Below are positions 7,301 to 14,269 of a stretch of 36,525 nucleotides of DNA, in pieces. Every line of letters starts with the position of its first letter. Position 1 is the first letter of the stretch. Position numbers and translations under genes: made by a program. The notes beneath the pieces were generated by a model, which saw only the letters and a list, made by a program, of their open reading frames with translations, ran no database searches and was not told the origin of the DNA. Origin of the DNA: a virus (taxonomy: Duplodnaviria; Caudoviricetes); IMG/VR virus record IMGVR_UViG_3300031519_000083, positions 1-36,525 of that record, one strand, 5' to 3'.

Positions 7301-9512
7301 TATCTTCTATAAGGCTAGGATCTGTAGCTGTCTCTAGCATAGTTTTAAAGTATAAATCTGTAGACTTTAAGTTGTTAAATATATCTTTATATATTTGAGC
7401 TTTCTGAGCATTGTAAGTGTTTTTAACACCAGCAAGACCCATACCACCGCTAAGCATAAAAGTTCCAGCTATTAAGTTTATTTGCTCATCAACAAACTCA
7501 TTTTGCTTTAATGCGCCTAAGCCAAAAGCCATGTCTGTAATAATGTTCATTCCAAAAGTAACCTCTTCTTCGAGAAGTTCTTTAAACATATTTCCTGTGT
7601 ATGTTTTAACTGCTGCTTTAGTACCTTCTTTAGTAGTCAATCCTTTTAAAGAATTAAATAATGCGTTTTTTATTTCTTTACCAGCACCACCTTTTATAAA
7701 CTTATAATCAGGCATTATAGCTTGAACCAAACCTTCTGTAAAAGAAACAGTTGTAGCATATAAATCCCCAGCAGGACCACTTAAACCTTTTTTGTTTGCT
7801 TCTATAGAATTATTCAAAATAGTCATCCTAAAAGCAGCATCACTGGATATAATAAGGTTCTTCATGTTTTGAGCAGACTTTGTTACAGCTCCTGCTTTGG
7901 TATAATTTGAAAGCATTTTACCTAAACCCTCTCTATACCCTGTAAATTTACCTTGTTTTACATTTCTGATTATCTCAGCTGTAAAAGGAATCATATTAAA
8001 AGCTGTTTTACTCCATGCTCTAGCACTAAACTCCTTAAGGTTACCTTCGCCATCTGTGATGTTAAATTTTTCATCCTTAGAGTCTGGAACCACGTTAAAG
8101 TTTAATAAATCACCCCAAGTATCCCTCATAGAGTCAAAGCTACTATAAGTGTCATCATCCGTGAACAAGTCTCCAAATGCAGTTGTTACAAAAACAGGGA
8201 ATCCAACAACTGTTTGGCCAGCTAGTTTCACCATTTCTTGAGCAGTGCCTCCTACTTGATCAACAGCCCAATTAAAAACTCCATCACCGGAAAAAGCTTC
8301 TGTGTATTTTTTTACATCATCAGTTAACTTAAAGTTACTTTTCAAAGCCATTCTAGCTATATCTACACCCCATTGAGCGTTTATAACTTCTTGACTCTTA
8401 TTTAAAGACTCTTGCTTACCTTTATATCTATCAGAAGTTTGTTTAAACGTATCTTTTAGAGAGTTGTATTGTTTTAATAAACCATTATATTTATCTACAG
8501 TCTCTTGAGTGTAGCCAGTTGCAGGTTTATTGTTTTTTATAAGATTCATACTTCTAACTAAGGATGATTCTTGTCTTTTTAAATCACCAAAAACATCTTC
8601 AGTTTCTAGTTTTAAAGCATCGTATTCTTTAACTAATTCCTTACGTACTTCTAATATTTTAGGTATTCTGTATTTATTTATTAAAGCTTCCTTATCCTGC
8701 AAATTCATTTTACCTTGCGCTAGCTTCTGTAAAGTTCTAACGTCTTCACCTCCAGCAATAGCTCCTTCTAAACTGTCTTCAAGCTCTATTACCTGTGAAG
8801 GCACATCGGTCTTAGCATCGTTTATCCAGTTGCCAGAAATAGCTTGCAGTCCTTGTTTAAAAAGTCCTTCAGAAAAAGGAGTATCAAAAGTGTTACTCGT
8901 ATTTCCAGTGTCTTTTCTTAGTTGTTCTATAGCTTTATCTTTTAATTTAAAGTTATCATCAAACTTATATATTTGCTCTTTTTCAGCTTTAGCTTCTTCA
9001 TCAAATTTGTCTGACTGATCATCTATATATTGCCTAGCATCTTCCCAAGTATCAAACACATCACCTTCGAGACCGTCTTCCGCATATTTAGTTGCTAATT
9101 TAATTAATTTTTGTTTAGCTTCAGGTGTCTTCTTTAATGTCTTCTTTATTTCTTCATAATCTGTTATAACAACTCCAGAGCTATTTTTTCTAAGCAGGGT
9201 TTCACCCATTGGACCTTTTTCAATATAGTCATCATCAGTTAAATCCATTATAGAACCAGGTTTATTACCTGTTCTTTGCTCGTAATTGAAACTAGCCTGC
9301 TCGTTTGACAGTGGCTCCGAAGAACCATTTTCCGATGCTGAATCCATAGCTGTTACACTTGCATCCTCCGTTGCAACAGCTTCTGTCTTTACTGGTTTAA
9401 CTTCTTCTTCAATTAGCACAGCTCCTTCAAATTGTTCAGAACTCTTAAAATCTTCAAGTAAATTTTCAGGTACATTAATTAATTTACCTGATTTCAATCT
9501 ATAGTATGGCAT
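1359..9512 (-). CDS. Giant virion ejection/cargo 'polyvalent' protein, 2717 aa (zincin, sigma-like, PcfJ-like WC and helical C-terminal modules)
   Basis: Last and largest gene after the tail genes, as for podophage ejection proteins. HEFLH at residues 900-904 with downstream EE959-960; sigma region-2-like segment at ~1108-1222; NPWCL around W1672; hydrophobic helices in the N- and C-terminal thirds. Confidence 0.8.
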   Translation of the reverse strand: MPYYRLKSGKLINVPENLLEDFKSSEQFEGAVLIEEEVKPVKTEAVATEDASVTAMDSASENGSSEPLSNEQASFNYEQRTGNKPGSIMDLTDDDYIEKGPMGETLLRKNSSGVVITDYEEIKKTLKKTPEAKQKLIKLATKYAEDGLEGDVFDTWEDARQYIDDQSDKFDEEAKAEKEQIYKFDDNFKLKDKAIEQLRKDTGNTSNTFDTPFSEGLFKQGLQAISGNWINDAKTDVPSQVIELEDSLEGAIAGGEDVRTLQKLAQGKMNLQDKEALINKYRIPKILEVRKELVKEYDALKLETEDVFGDLKRQESSLVRSMNLIKNNKPATGYTQETVDKYNGLLKQYNSLKDTFKQTSDRYKGKQESLNKSQEVINAQWGVDIARMALKSNFKLTDDVKKYTEAFSGDGVFNWAVDQVGGTAQEMVKLAGQTVVGFPVFVTTAFGDLFTDDDTYSSFDSMRDTWGDLLNFNVVPDSKDEKFNITDGEGNLKEFSARAWSKTAFNMIPFTAEIIRNVKQGKFTGYREGLGKMLSNYTKAGAVTKSAQNMKNLIISSDAAFRMTILNNSIEANKKGLSGPAGDLYATTVSFTEGLVQAIMPDYKFIKGGAGKEIKNALFNSLKGLTTKEGTKAAVKTYTGNMFKELLEEEVTFGMNIITDMAFGLGALKQNEFVDEQINLIAGTFMLSGGMGLAGVKNTYNAQKAQIYKDIFNNLKSTDLYFKTMLETATDPSLIEDINKARVFVRDVASVMNTAPEDVSSDQIELLIQKKKLIEKKKNTDSSFHGPINDRIKEIDSEIENSSIKRSITERFDKDVSNFAKSLNSIGQKIDETKIFEDDQDGSADDKMEEFLISVGQSKEYAKETKDSYGTFVVDADGKEILVINKASALSNRVVTTGQHEFLHKLLKASMSSKPELVQQAGELLLKEILASSSSSSSIVARIESYATDNKITVEKFFEEILPLFSEAVTNKEVKLNESSITKIQDFFRRIFQDLGLRNIRFDKAEGVINFIKDYNKAYSKGNFKGSLKALAGKDGDGKVSGVSLSKSVSELNTELEDLIDREFEMDEGDFDAQKSNLELKIRQAKKPSVKKESSTKEKSAPKKVYDNEGLIETIKSKDTSIKEKAKAEADLVESFDNMALRAIKYDTRKGDYDRDEVKDYLREFLPRIIESYKPGDSKFSTWVYNNIAPKAQQTYEKFRKIADKSLDVEAGGVGSVKEMSGDVNTLYGSDSKPSDLKDSTQKMIKATSFGPISDPSILEAVESVIDIKEDERPNFKSLNNKFFDKVSEAIFGISGKKARGNATLKYDKSGGSSEANSLQNVFKNDSDVRKFIKTMPDYNIATKETVVNEQGETIDVSRDTYGRSIGINPKVLAIFYDKVDGAIPGISSPNGRSLGKTTQTDVYKLKSEFTGNISPSSVAKLQSLIGINKGTLSIPIKGEARTEFGSILTGLTKMYIDNVINTVGRSKLDSNQAKADLGAGKSSLMFSKNIEGVVREQEIINNLGLQPGSNHNSLLEIQFSKKKRAEYESILMKNRPDLANIPKQVESLFDWADKLNVPENKKPKYKKLALYYTVNGYTRFPEDGYKIEEVVRLSNKNKIDPYAYANPDELINKFTEEIKASKVNPDNMPALSNKQEFGDSVTVYDVEDSRKGQRAVRSIVDSNWGENANPWCLIARTKQKLIASFKTESEAKVFAENNKNKLDDLYVKFEPNARRWTVMKPVDPKNIMNIAWTHWQQYNRNATGYGYKIAFQKGKLLSLRDGGAGDPGAVEIDDNGDDTSDEVQWWDRFDKPSDNLTVDLGKDKDTGYKIIGSIDYEGNFDITGYGEGDFMSRTSDFKLYDADKSLIEQKDFKDGKISFWLKNEPTKMNNGGRAVTKIESKYTDGVFDSSISTVKDLRTGNIVTKRTISHTTLSEDSYIKEEIVVGKNGRSPTAPKVTTKTIKIINSSGQTTRNIDIFYDERITDGVSVVNTDRMAELESIKKPFISLSKSVNKAAKSNNNMLPESQRLTGDFTNQDVLDRMGELDDEINEAELKFSKNAAPKLDKEFNDIIENKTGIASSETIAGVKAGLMGKKKGRFNFFIPPSAEDFMGLLYATLGEGSVGNSQMKWYKDNLIDPYARGVENITRDRNNLGRDFRALKRDLKIVPKNLKKKVKGSLFTREQAVRVYIWEQIGEKTPDLSEADIAELVELVESDPKLKLFAQEIMKLNKGRAYVKPSDKWVTGTITTDLLEALNTTGRKEYLELWQQNVDIIFSPKNLNKLEAAFGESYKEAMKDILKRMKSGRNRGFGNKQVERFTDWINGSTAAIMFFNTRSATLQLISAVNFINFGDNNIIAAGKAFANQLQFWSDFKTLWNSDFLVERRDGLKINVNEQDIADVAKESGVRGVINKLLKLGFTPTQLADSFAIASGGSTFYRNRLNSLVKGGMNPIAANKQAMRDFREIAEESQQSSRPDKISQEQAGPLGRIVLAFANTPAQYARIIKKSASDLKNGRGDAKTNLSRILYYGVVQNLIFNYMQQALFALMFEDDEEDKSILDEKVPKAINGMVDGLSRGTGVYGAIFTVVKNTSIKLYEESQKKNSNYKDKILEVVRISPPIASKLQKMQSAGRAFDWNIDEIKSKGFSLDNPVFLAGGNVVSASTNIPLDRVVKKLNNLKAASDAEVATYKRIALLMGWNEWELGLTEKKSKTKSKSKAKKTGIKRPTVNPQGKISGY

Positions 9513-9527
9513 ATTGTTTTACTTTTA

Positions 9528-11378
9528 TTAACTTCTTTTTGTAACTTGATTTCCTCTTTTTTGGTCAACTTTAAAAACCTCAGCTTCGTTTTTTTCTTTT
9601 TCAAGCGCTTCAGCTTCTGCTTTTGCTTTAGCATCAGCTTTTTCTTTTGCTTTTGCTTTTGCTTCGTTTTTCTTTTTATTTAATTTAGAAGATCTATAGC
9701 TAGTATCACTTCTTAAAGCGTCTTCATATCCTTTTTGTTCTTTTTTTGATAGAATAGATGTACCTTTAGTTCTTTCCGAAGCTCTTAAAAGATTTAGATA
9801 AAACCTGTTTCTATCTGTAGAGTCGTTCATGTTGTAAACTACGTCTTTTGTAAGTTGAGGATTATCTTTATCGTAACCACTAACAGACTCTTTACCAATT
9901 GTTATTGTATTTTTTTCTCGATTAAATATTGGTTCTACACCAACATATTCTTGATACATACCAATAGGGTTTTTCTTCACTTCATTATAAAAATCTTTAC
10001 CACCGTTAACTGGTGGTTCTGGTGTTTCTGCTTCACTACTTAATCCTTTGGTATAAACTTCTTTTCCAGATGAAAAATAAACTGTATCCCCTTTTTCTAA
10101 AGGAATACCTTCTTTTTTATATTCTAAAACGTCTTTAGATGTAGCTAGCCTAGTACCCATTGCGCCGTTTTTAGCAGAAACTATTTTCTCTAAATCTTTT
10201 TGAAATCTTTGCTCTTCTAAAAAAGCTATTTTTTCAGAAATTTTAGAGCTTGCCCAATCAGATTGTTCTATAGTGCCCCAATCAAGATTACCTTGAATGT
10301 ACTTCATCTGCTCGTCAAGAGGCATAGCTAAAACACCTTTTGCAGCGGCAGTTAATTGAGAACTGTAAGCGATATTATTTCTTAATATGTCAGGATTAAA
10401 GTGTGACTCTGGGCGCCTAGCAACACCCCCATCAACATCTCTATTGTTGTATATAATATTTGTATTAAAACCTTTATCAGTAATATCGCCATTTTCTTTA
10501 GTAAAACCAGATGAAACTAAAATTTCGTCTGTTTGTTCGCCGGGATTTATAGTTGTAATTAAACTTCCGTTTTTACCCCATGTATCCATATCTCTAGACC
10601 AAGAAAAAGTACCAGTTGTAGCTCCGTCTTCTATCCACAAGTCTTCCTCACTTAGCAATCCAGAATCTTTCCATAGCTTAAAAGTTTCACTATTAAGGTC
10701 TACCTCGGCATCAACACGCATCATATCTAAATAACTATCACCTTTATCAAAACTAGTTCTTTCGTACTTTTTTGTAGCTTTAACACCAGGTATTTTCATT
10801 TCTAAAAGAGTGTTAGCTACTATTTGGCTTTTAGTGTTTTCAGGACCTACTCCTTGGTAATCAAATTTATTACCAATATCTCCACTAATACTATTAGCTA
10901 AAGGATCTAGACCTGCTTTTATATTAGTACCTCTATCTATCATTCTTTTTTTATAGCCTTGGAAATTACTTACTATCTGGCTATATGCAGCTACTGTATC
11001 TTTATCTAAACTCATATTGGAATTTATTTGAGTTTCCGCACTTATAGCGCCTATAGTATATTTCTTACCATTAACTACTACAGAGTTTTTTGTGCCATTT
11101 TCGGCCATGTCTTTAGCTTCTATAATGAATTCCTCTGCTATAGTTTTATCTTTTACAGTTTTACTAATAGTGTTAATGCTATCATATGTTTTTTGAGCAG
11201 TTTTATTCCAAACTAATTGATTAGCCTCTTTTCTTTTTTTAGTAACCTCATTAGCTTTCCTTTTTACCGCAGCGTACTTATCTAGCCCTGAAGCTACATC
11301 TCCACCAAAATTAGCTATGGCTTTAGCCCATATTTCTCCTGACCTATCAACTATTATCTGCGGATTTCTATAACTCAT
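9528..11378 (-). CDS. Probable internal virion/ejection (cargo) protein, 616 aa
   Basis: Lies between the small and giant cargo genes; helical N-terminus; K/A/E low-complexity C-terminus. Function inferred from synteny only. Confidence 0.6.
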   Translation of the reverse strand: MSYRNPQIIVDRSGEIWAKAIANFGGDVASGLDKYAAVKRKANEVTKKRKEANQLVWNKTAQKTYDSINTISKTVKDKTIAEEFIIEAKDMAENGTKNSVVVNGKKYTIGAISAETQINSNMSLDKDTVAAYSQIVSNFQGYKKRMIDRGTNIKAGLDPLANSISGDIGNKFDYQGVGPENTKSQIVANTLLEMKIPGVKATKKYERTSFDKGDSYLDMMRVDAEVDLNSETFKLWKDSGLLSEEDLWIEDGATTGTFSWSRDMDTWGKNGSLITTINPGEQTDEILVSSGFTKENGDITDKGFNTNIIYNNRDVDGGVARRPESHFNPDILRNNIAYSSQLTAAAKGVLAMPLDEQMKYIQGNLDWGTIEQSDWASSKISEKIAFLEEQRFQKDLEKIVSAKNGAMGTRLATSKDVLEYKKEGIPLEKGDTVYFSSGKEVYTKGLSSEAETPEPPVNGGKDFYNEVKKNPIGMYQEYVGVEPIFNREKNTITIGKESVSGYDKDNPQLTKDVVYNMNDSTDRNRFYLNLLRASERTKGTSILSKKEQKGYEDALRSDTSYRSSKLNKKKNEAKAKAKEKADAKAKAEAEALEKEKNEAEVFKVDQKRGNQVTKRS

Positions 11379-12354
11379 TACTTATTTTTTTAAATTCAAC
11401 ATCTAGCTTAGAATAATCAACTCTATCATAGCCGTCTTTATGTACTACTACTGCTTTAGTAGGTATTTCATCTGACATAACCCCCTGATAAACGCCCTTG
11501 CCATTAATGTTATCTATATATTCAAAACTATATATATTTAATCCAGAGGGTGATTCACCTATTTTTTCTATGTTTTTCTTTAATCTTTTGTCTGATGCTG
11601 TAGATTGGGCGGTTGGAGTATTCATAGCGCCTAATGCACCAACACCCGAAGATACTATGTTCCCTACAGCGCTCATACCGCCTGCTACAATCGCTGCTTG
11701 ATTTTGATTAGCTTGAGCTATGTCTTGTTGAGATTGTGTAACCACCCCTGAAGCTCTATCTAAATCAGCATTAAGTCTATTTTCTTCTTGTTGAAAAACA
11801 TATTGATTTCCTGCAGCATCTAAACCTTGCAATCTTTGAGCTTCGCTAAAAGCTACTGATTGCATTCTTTGTTCTTCAGCCTGCTTTCTACTTTGTAATA
11901 CCTGGTCCCCTTGAGCTTTGAGTTTTTCGTTTTGAGCCTCTTGGCTTTCTATAGAGGCAGATACTCCTTTTTTACTCTGTAAAGCGGCTTGCGCTAAAGC
12001 TGTAGCTCCCCCTGCGCTTGCACCAGTGGCTCTTAATGTATCTAATGTATTAGCTAAAGCTATATCAGTCTGTTCCATTTGTATTTCAGCTGCTTGGGTA
12101 GCCACTCCAAGTTCAGCATAGGGATTAGACATTGTTCCACTAAGATTTTTTGCCATTGAAGACAAATCCGTAGCTCCTCTGTATGGGTTTAAAATGCTTT
12201 GTCTTGATCGCTTTAGTTCTTCTACTTTAGCCTCTGCGGTTCTTTTATCACCCCGAGCCGCATTTGCTGCTTTTTTTTGTTGATTAGCCGCATACATTGT
12301 AGTCCCTACGGTGGCTAGCGCTCCAACTCCTATTGCTACTGCTACAAATGCCAT
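11368..12354 (-). CDS. Ejection/DNA-transfer (pilot-like) protein with C-terminal peptidase S74 chaperone domain
   Basis: Gly/Ala-rich hydrophobic N-terminus, Q/A-rich coiled coil, a second hydrophobic segment (AAIVAGGMSAVGNIVSSGVGALG), then SDKRLKKNI...GVMSDEI...VDYSKL from residue 254. Confidence 0.78.
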   Translation of the reverse strand: MAFVAVAIGVGALATVGTTMYAANQQKKAANAARGDKRTAEAKVEELKRSRQSILNPYRGATDLSSMAKNLSGTMSNPYAELGVATQAAEIQMEQTDIALANTLDTLRATGASAGGATALAQAALQSKKGVSASIESQEAQNEKLKAQGDQVLQSRKQAEEQRMQSVAFSEAQRLQGLDAAGNQYVFQQEENRLNADLDRASGVVTQSQQDIAQANQNQAAIVAGGMSAVGNIVSSGVGALGAMNTPTAQSTASDKRLKKNIEKIGESPSGLNIYSFEYIDNINGKGVYQGVMSDEIPTKAVVVHKDGYDRVDYSKLDVEFKKISNEL

Positions 12355-12357
12355 ACT

Positions 12358-12813
12358 TTAATTTTTAAGTTGTTTAAATTCTTCATATTCTAAATAATTT
12401 TTAGCTATAACATTGTTTTCTATAATTTGTAAATCCTCACTATTACCTTCATTAGAATATACATCGATCCATATTACGTCGGTAATAGCATATACTACTT
12501 TTTTATTTCCAGCTTTTGATATAAACATACAAGGTCCTTTTGCTTCTTTGTTACCATCCTCTGTAACAATTTTAACCTCTCCGCTCATTATAAATACAAA
12601 GCAATCTTTTTTATGTAACTTTCCTATAGCGGCTGTACCTTTTTTTAATAGTATTTCTCTACCATACAAGCCATCTGTAAAATGATGTGTTAAAGGAGAG
12701 TTTTCAGTGTCTCCAACAAAAATGTTATCATTTTGGTTTTGCATGGTTATTAAGCTATCTTCTAATTGCTGTATAGATGCTCTAACTTCTTTTTTATATT
12801 TTGTTAATTCCAT
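12358..12813 (-). CDS. Cupin-fold phage protein
   Basis: PLTHHFTDGLYGREILLKKG...GKLH...FIMSGEVKIV...PCMFISKAG.KKVVYA double-stranded beta-helix pattern. Confidence 0.65.
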   Translation of the reverse strand: MELTKYKKEVRASIQQLEDSLITMQNQNDNIFVGDTENSPLTHHFTDGLYGREILLKKGTAAIGKLHKKDCFVFIMSGEVKIVTEDGNKEAKGPCMFISKAGNKKVVYAITDVIWIDVYSNEGNSEDLQIIENNVIAKNYLEYEEFKQLKN

Positions 12814-12823
12814 TTAATTATAT

Positions 12824-14239
12824 TTAGTATGCTGATTCAACGTAGTTTGAAGATACAGCGAACAATTCCATTGGTCCTGTTCTACTAGTTGTATCTGACT
12901 TTATAGTTACAGTAGCTATATAGCCTTTTACACCTGTCATAGAATCACCAAACACAACTTCTCCCTCAGTAGCTGTACTAGCATTAACCAAGTTAGTCAT
13001 ATACTTACCTTCTTTTTTATCAAACCCAGCATAATACGTATAACCAAAATCCCCTACATAAGCTCCATCGTTGTAACTTAATATAGGTGATATAGTGTCT
13101 CTTAATTCAAAAGACCTATTTGCATTGAAAGATGGTATCTCCCAACCGTTAGATCCTTCATAGTTAACTGTTTTAAAGACCTTAGATAAACTAGGTGAAG
13201 GGTTAAATACGAATTGTATAGATGAATCATATTGAACTCCATAGAAGTTGTTTCTAGCAGCCGCTGGATCGTAATGTTTATAAAGTTTATTATCTTTAAA
13301 TGTGTAGTAGTTACTTTGAATACTCAATATTTGATCCGGTTGATAAGAAAAGAAACTAGGAAAACCTAACACTCTTTCGTCAAACGATAAATTCACTAAC
13401 TGCGGATCTGGATTAACAACTGGTGGATTTGCTACAGTTTGCTTACTTTGTTGTAATGATAATACGTACTGTTTAGTATATATATCAAAACCTCCAATAG
13501 CTTTACCTTTGCCAAATGTACCATCTAAAATGCCTAGTTGATCTCTAAAGTAATCAGTCATACCGTAATTAGATATTTCTGTTATGCCGTCCATAGACAA
13601 CCTTAAAACAGAATTTCTATTTTTATCGGTAAAATATTTTCTATAACCATAAGTTGCAAAACTTTCTGGATTTCTACTAATGCCAAATTCACCTGCATAA
13701 GGTTGTATTGCCCCTATAACTAAATTAGATGAAGTAACTGTGCCTCCTCCTTCAGCGGAATATATAGCGTCTTTATCTATCAAAGCCCTACTTACTTTAG
13801 ATTCTTGAAATATAACTAAGTTTGTATCTTCAGCATATAGCTTTTGTATAGATCCATTAGCAGGGTCAACGGACTTTGTTATATCTTCACCTACTGAAAA
13901 TACATTTGTATTATTTATACCTGTTCTAGAATTGTATATACCAGAGTATATTAGTGCGTTAATTCTAAAAGAAGCGTTAGGATTATCTTCAACTAAGTAA
14001 GCCTTTACGCCGTAATCTATATTTGTATTATTATAACCACCTCTTATTCTAGCCTCTTCTATAGCCCAACTAGTACCATCAGTGGAAGGGGTAACGTTAG
14101 CGATAGGGGTTGAACCTGCTACTCCAGTTGGAACACCAAACGAACCATTCCATACAGGTGTGTCTGGGGTTGGCACTGTATCTACTGTTTTCTTTAAAAG
14201 AAAAGAGTTAAAGTAACTTACTTCTATTATTGCTCCCAT
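12824..14239 (-). CDS. Tail nozzle/stabilization ('muzzle', P22 gp10-like) protein, C-terminal part
   Basis: LIYSG...NxF...TKSVDPANGSIQKL...LVIFQESKVSR, EFGISRNPESFA, FTDKNR.SVLRLSMDGITEIS and PSLSKVFKTVNYEGS motifs, typical of crAss-like nozzle beta-propellers. Confidence 0.75.
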   Translation of the reverse strand: MGAIIEVSYFNSFLLKKTVDTVPTPDTPVWNGSFGVPTGVAGSTPIANVTPSTDGTSWAIEEARIRGGYNNTNIDYGVKAYLVEDNPNASFRINALIYSGIYNSRTGINNTNVFSVGEDITKSVDPANGSIQKLYAEDTNLVIFQESKVSRALIDKDAIYSAEGGGTVTSSNLVIGAIQPYAGEFGISRNPESFATYGYRKYFTDKNRNSVLRLSMDGITEISNYGMTDYFRDQLGILDGTFGKGKAIGGFDIYTKQYVLSLQQSKQTVANPPVVNPDPQLVNLSFDERVLGFPSFFSYQPDQILSIQSNYYTFKDNKLYKHYDPAAARNNFYGVQYDSSIQFVFNPSPSLSKVFKTVNYEGSNGWEIPSFNANRSFELRDTISPILSYNDGAYVGDFGYTYYAGFDKKEGKYMTNLVNASTATEGEVVFGDSMTGVKGYIATVTIKSDTTSRTGPMELFAVSSNYVESAY

Positions 14240-14244
14240 GCTTT

Positions 14245-14257
14245 TATTATTACTTAT
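14245..14257 (-). promoter_or_regulatory. Candidate phage promoter motif ATAAGTAATAATA
   Basis: One of four near-identical copies of AyAnGTAAywwTA at gene junctions, all in the coding orientation. Ends 5 nt before the ATG at 14239. Confidence 0.45.
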
Positions 14258-14269
14258 TTATTGTTTTAG

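Noticed and set aside
1359-9512. Virion RNA polymerase call for the giant protein, by analogy with crAss-like phages
   Set aside because: No DxDxD catalytic motif found; the nearest is GDFDAQ in a helical linker. The call is not supported by the sequence.
9590-9680. GCTTTT-type DNA repeats
   Set aside because: Explained by the KAKA/EAEA low-complexity protein tail; not a DNA element or CRISPR array.
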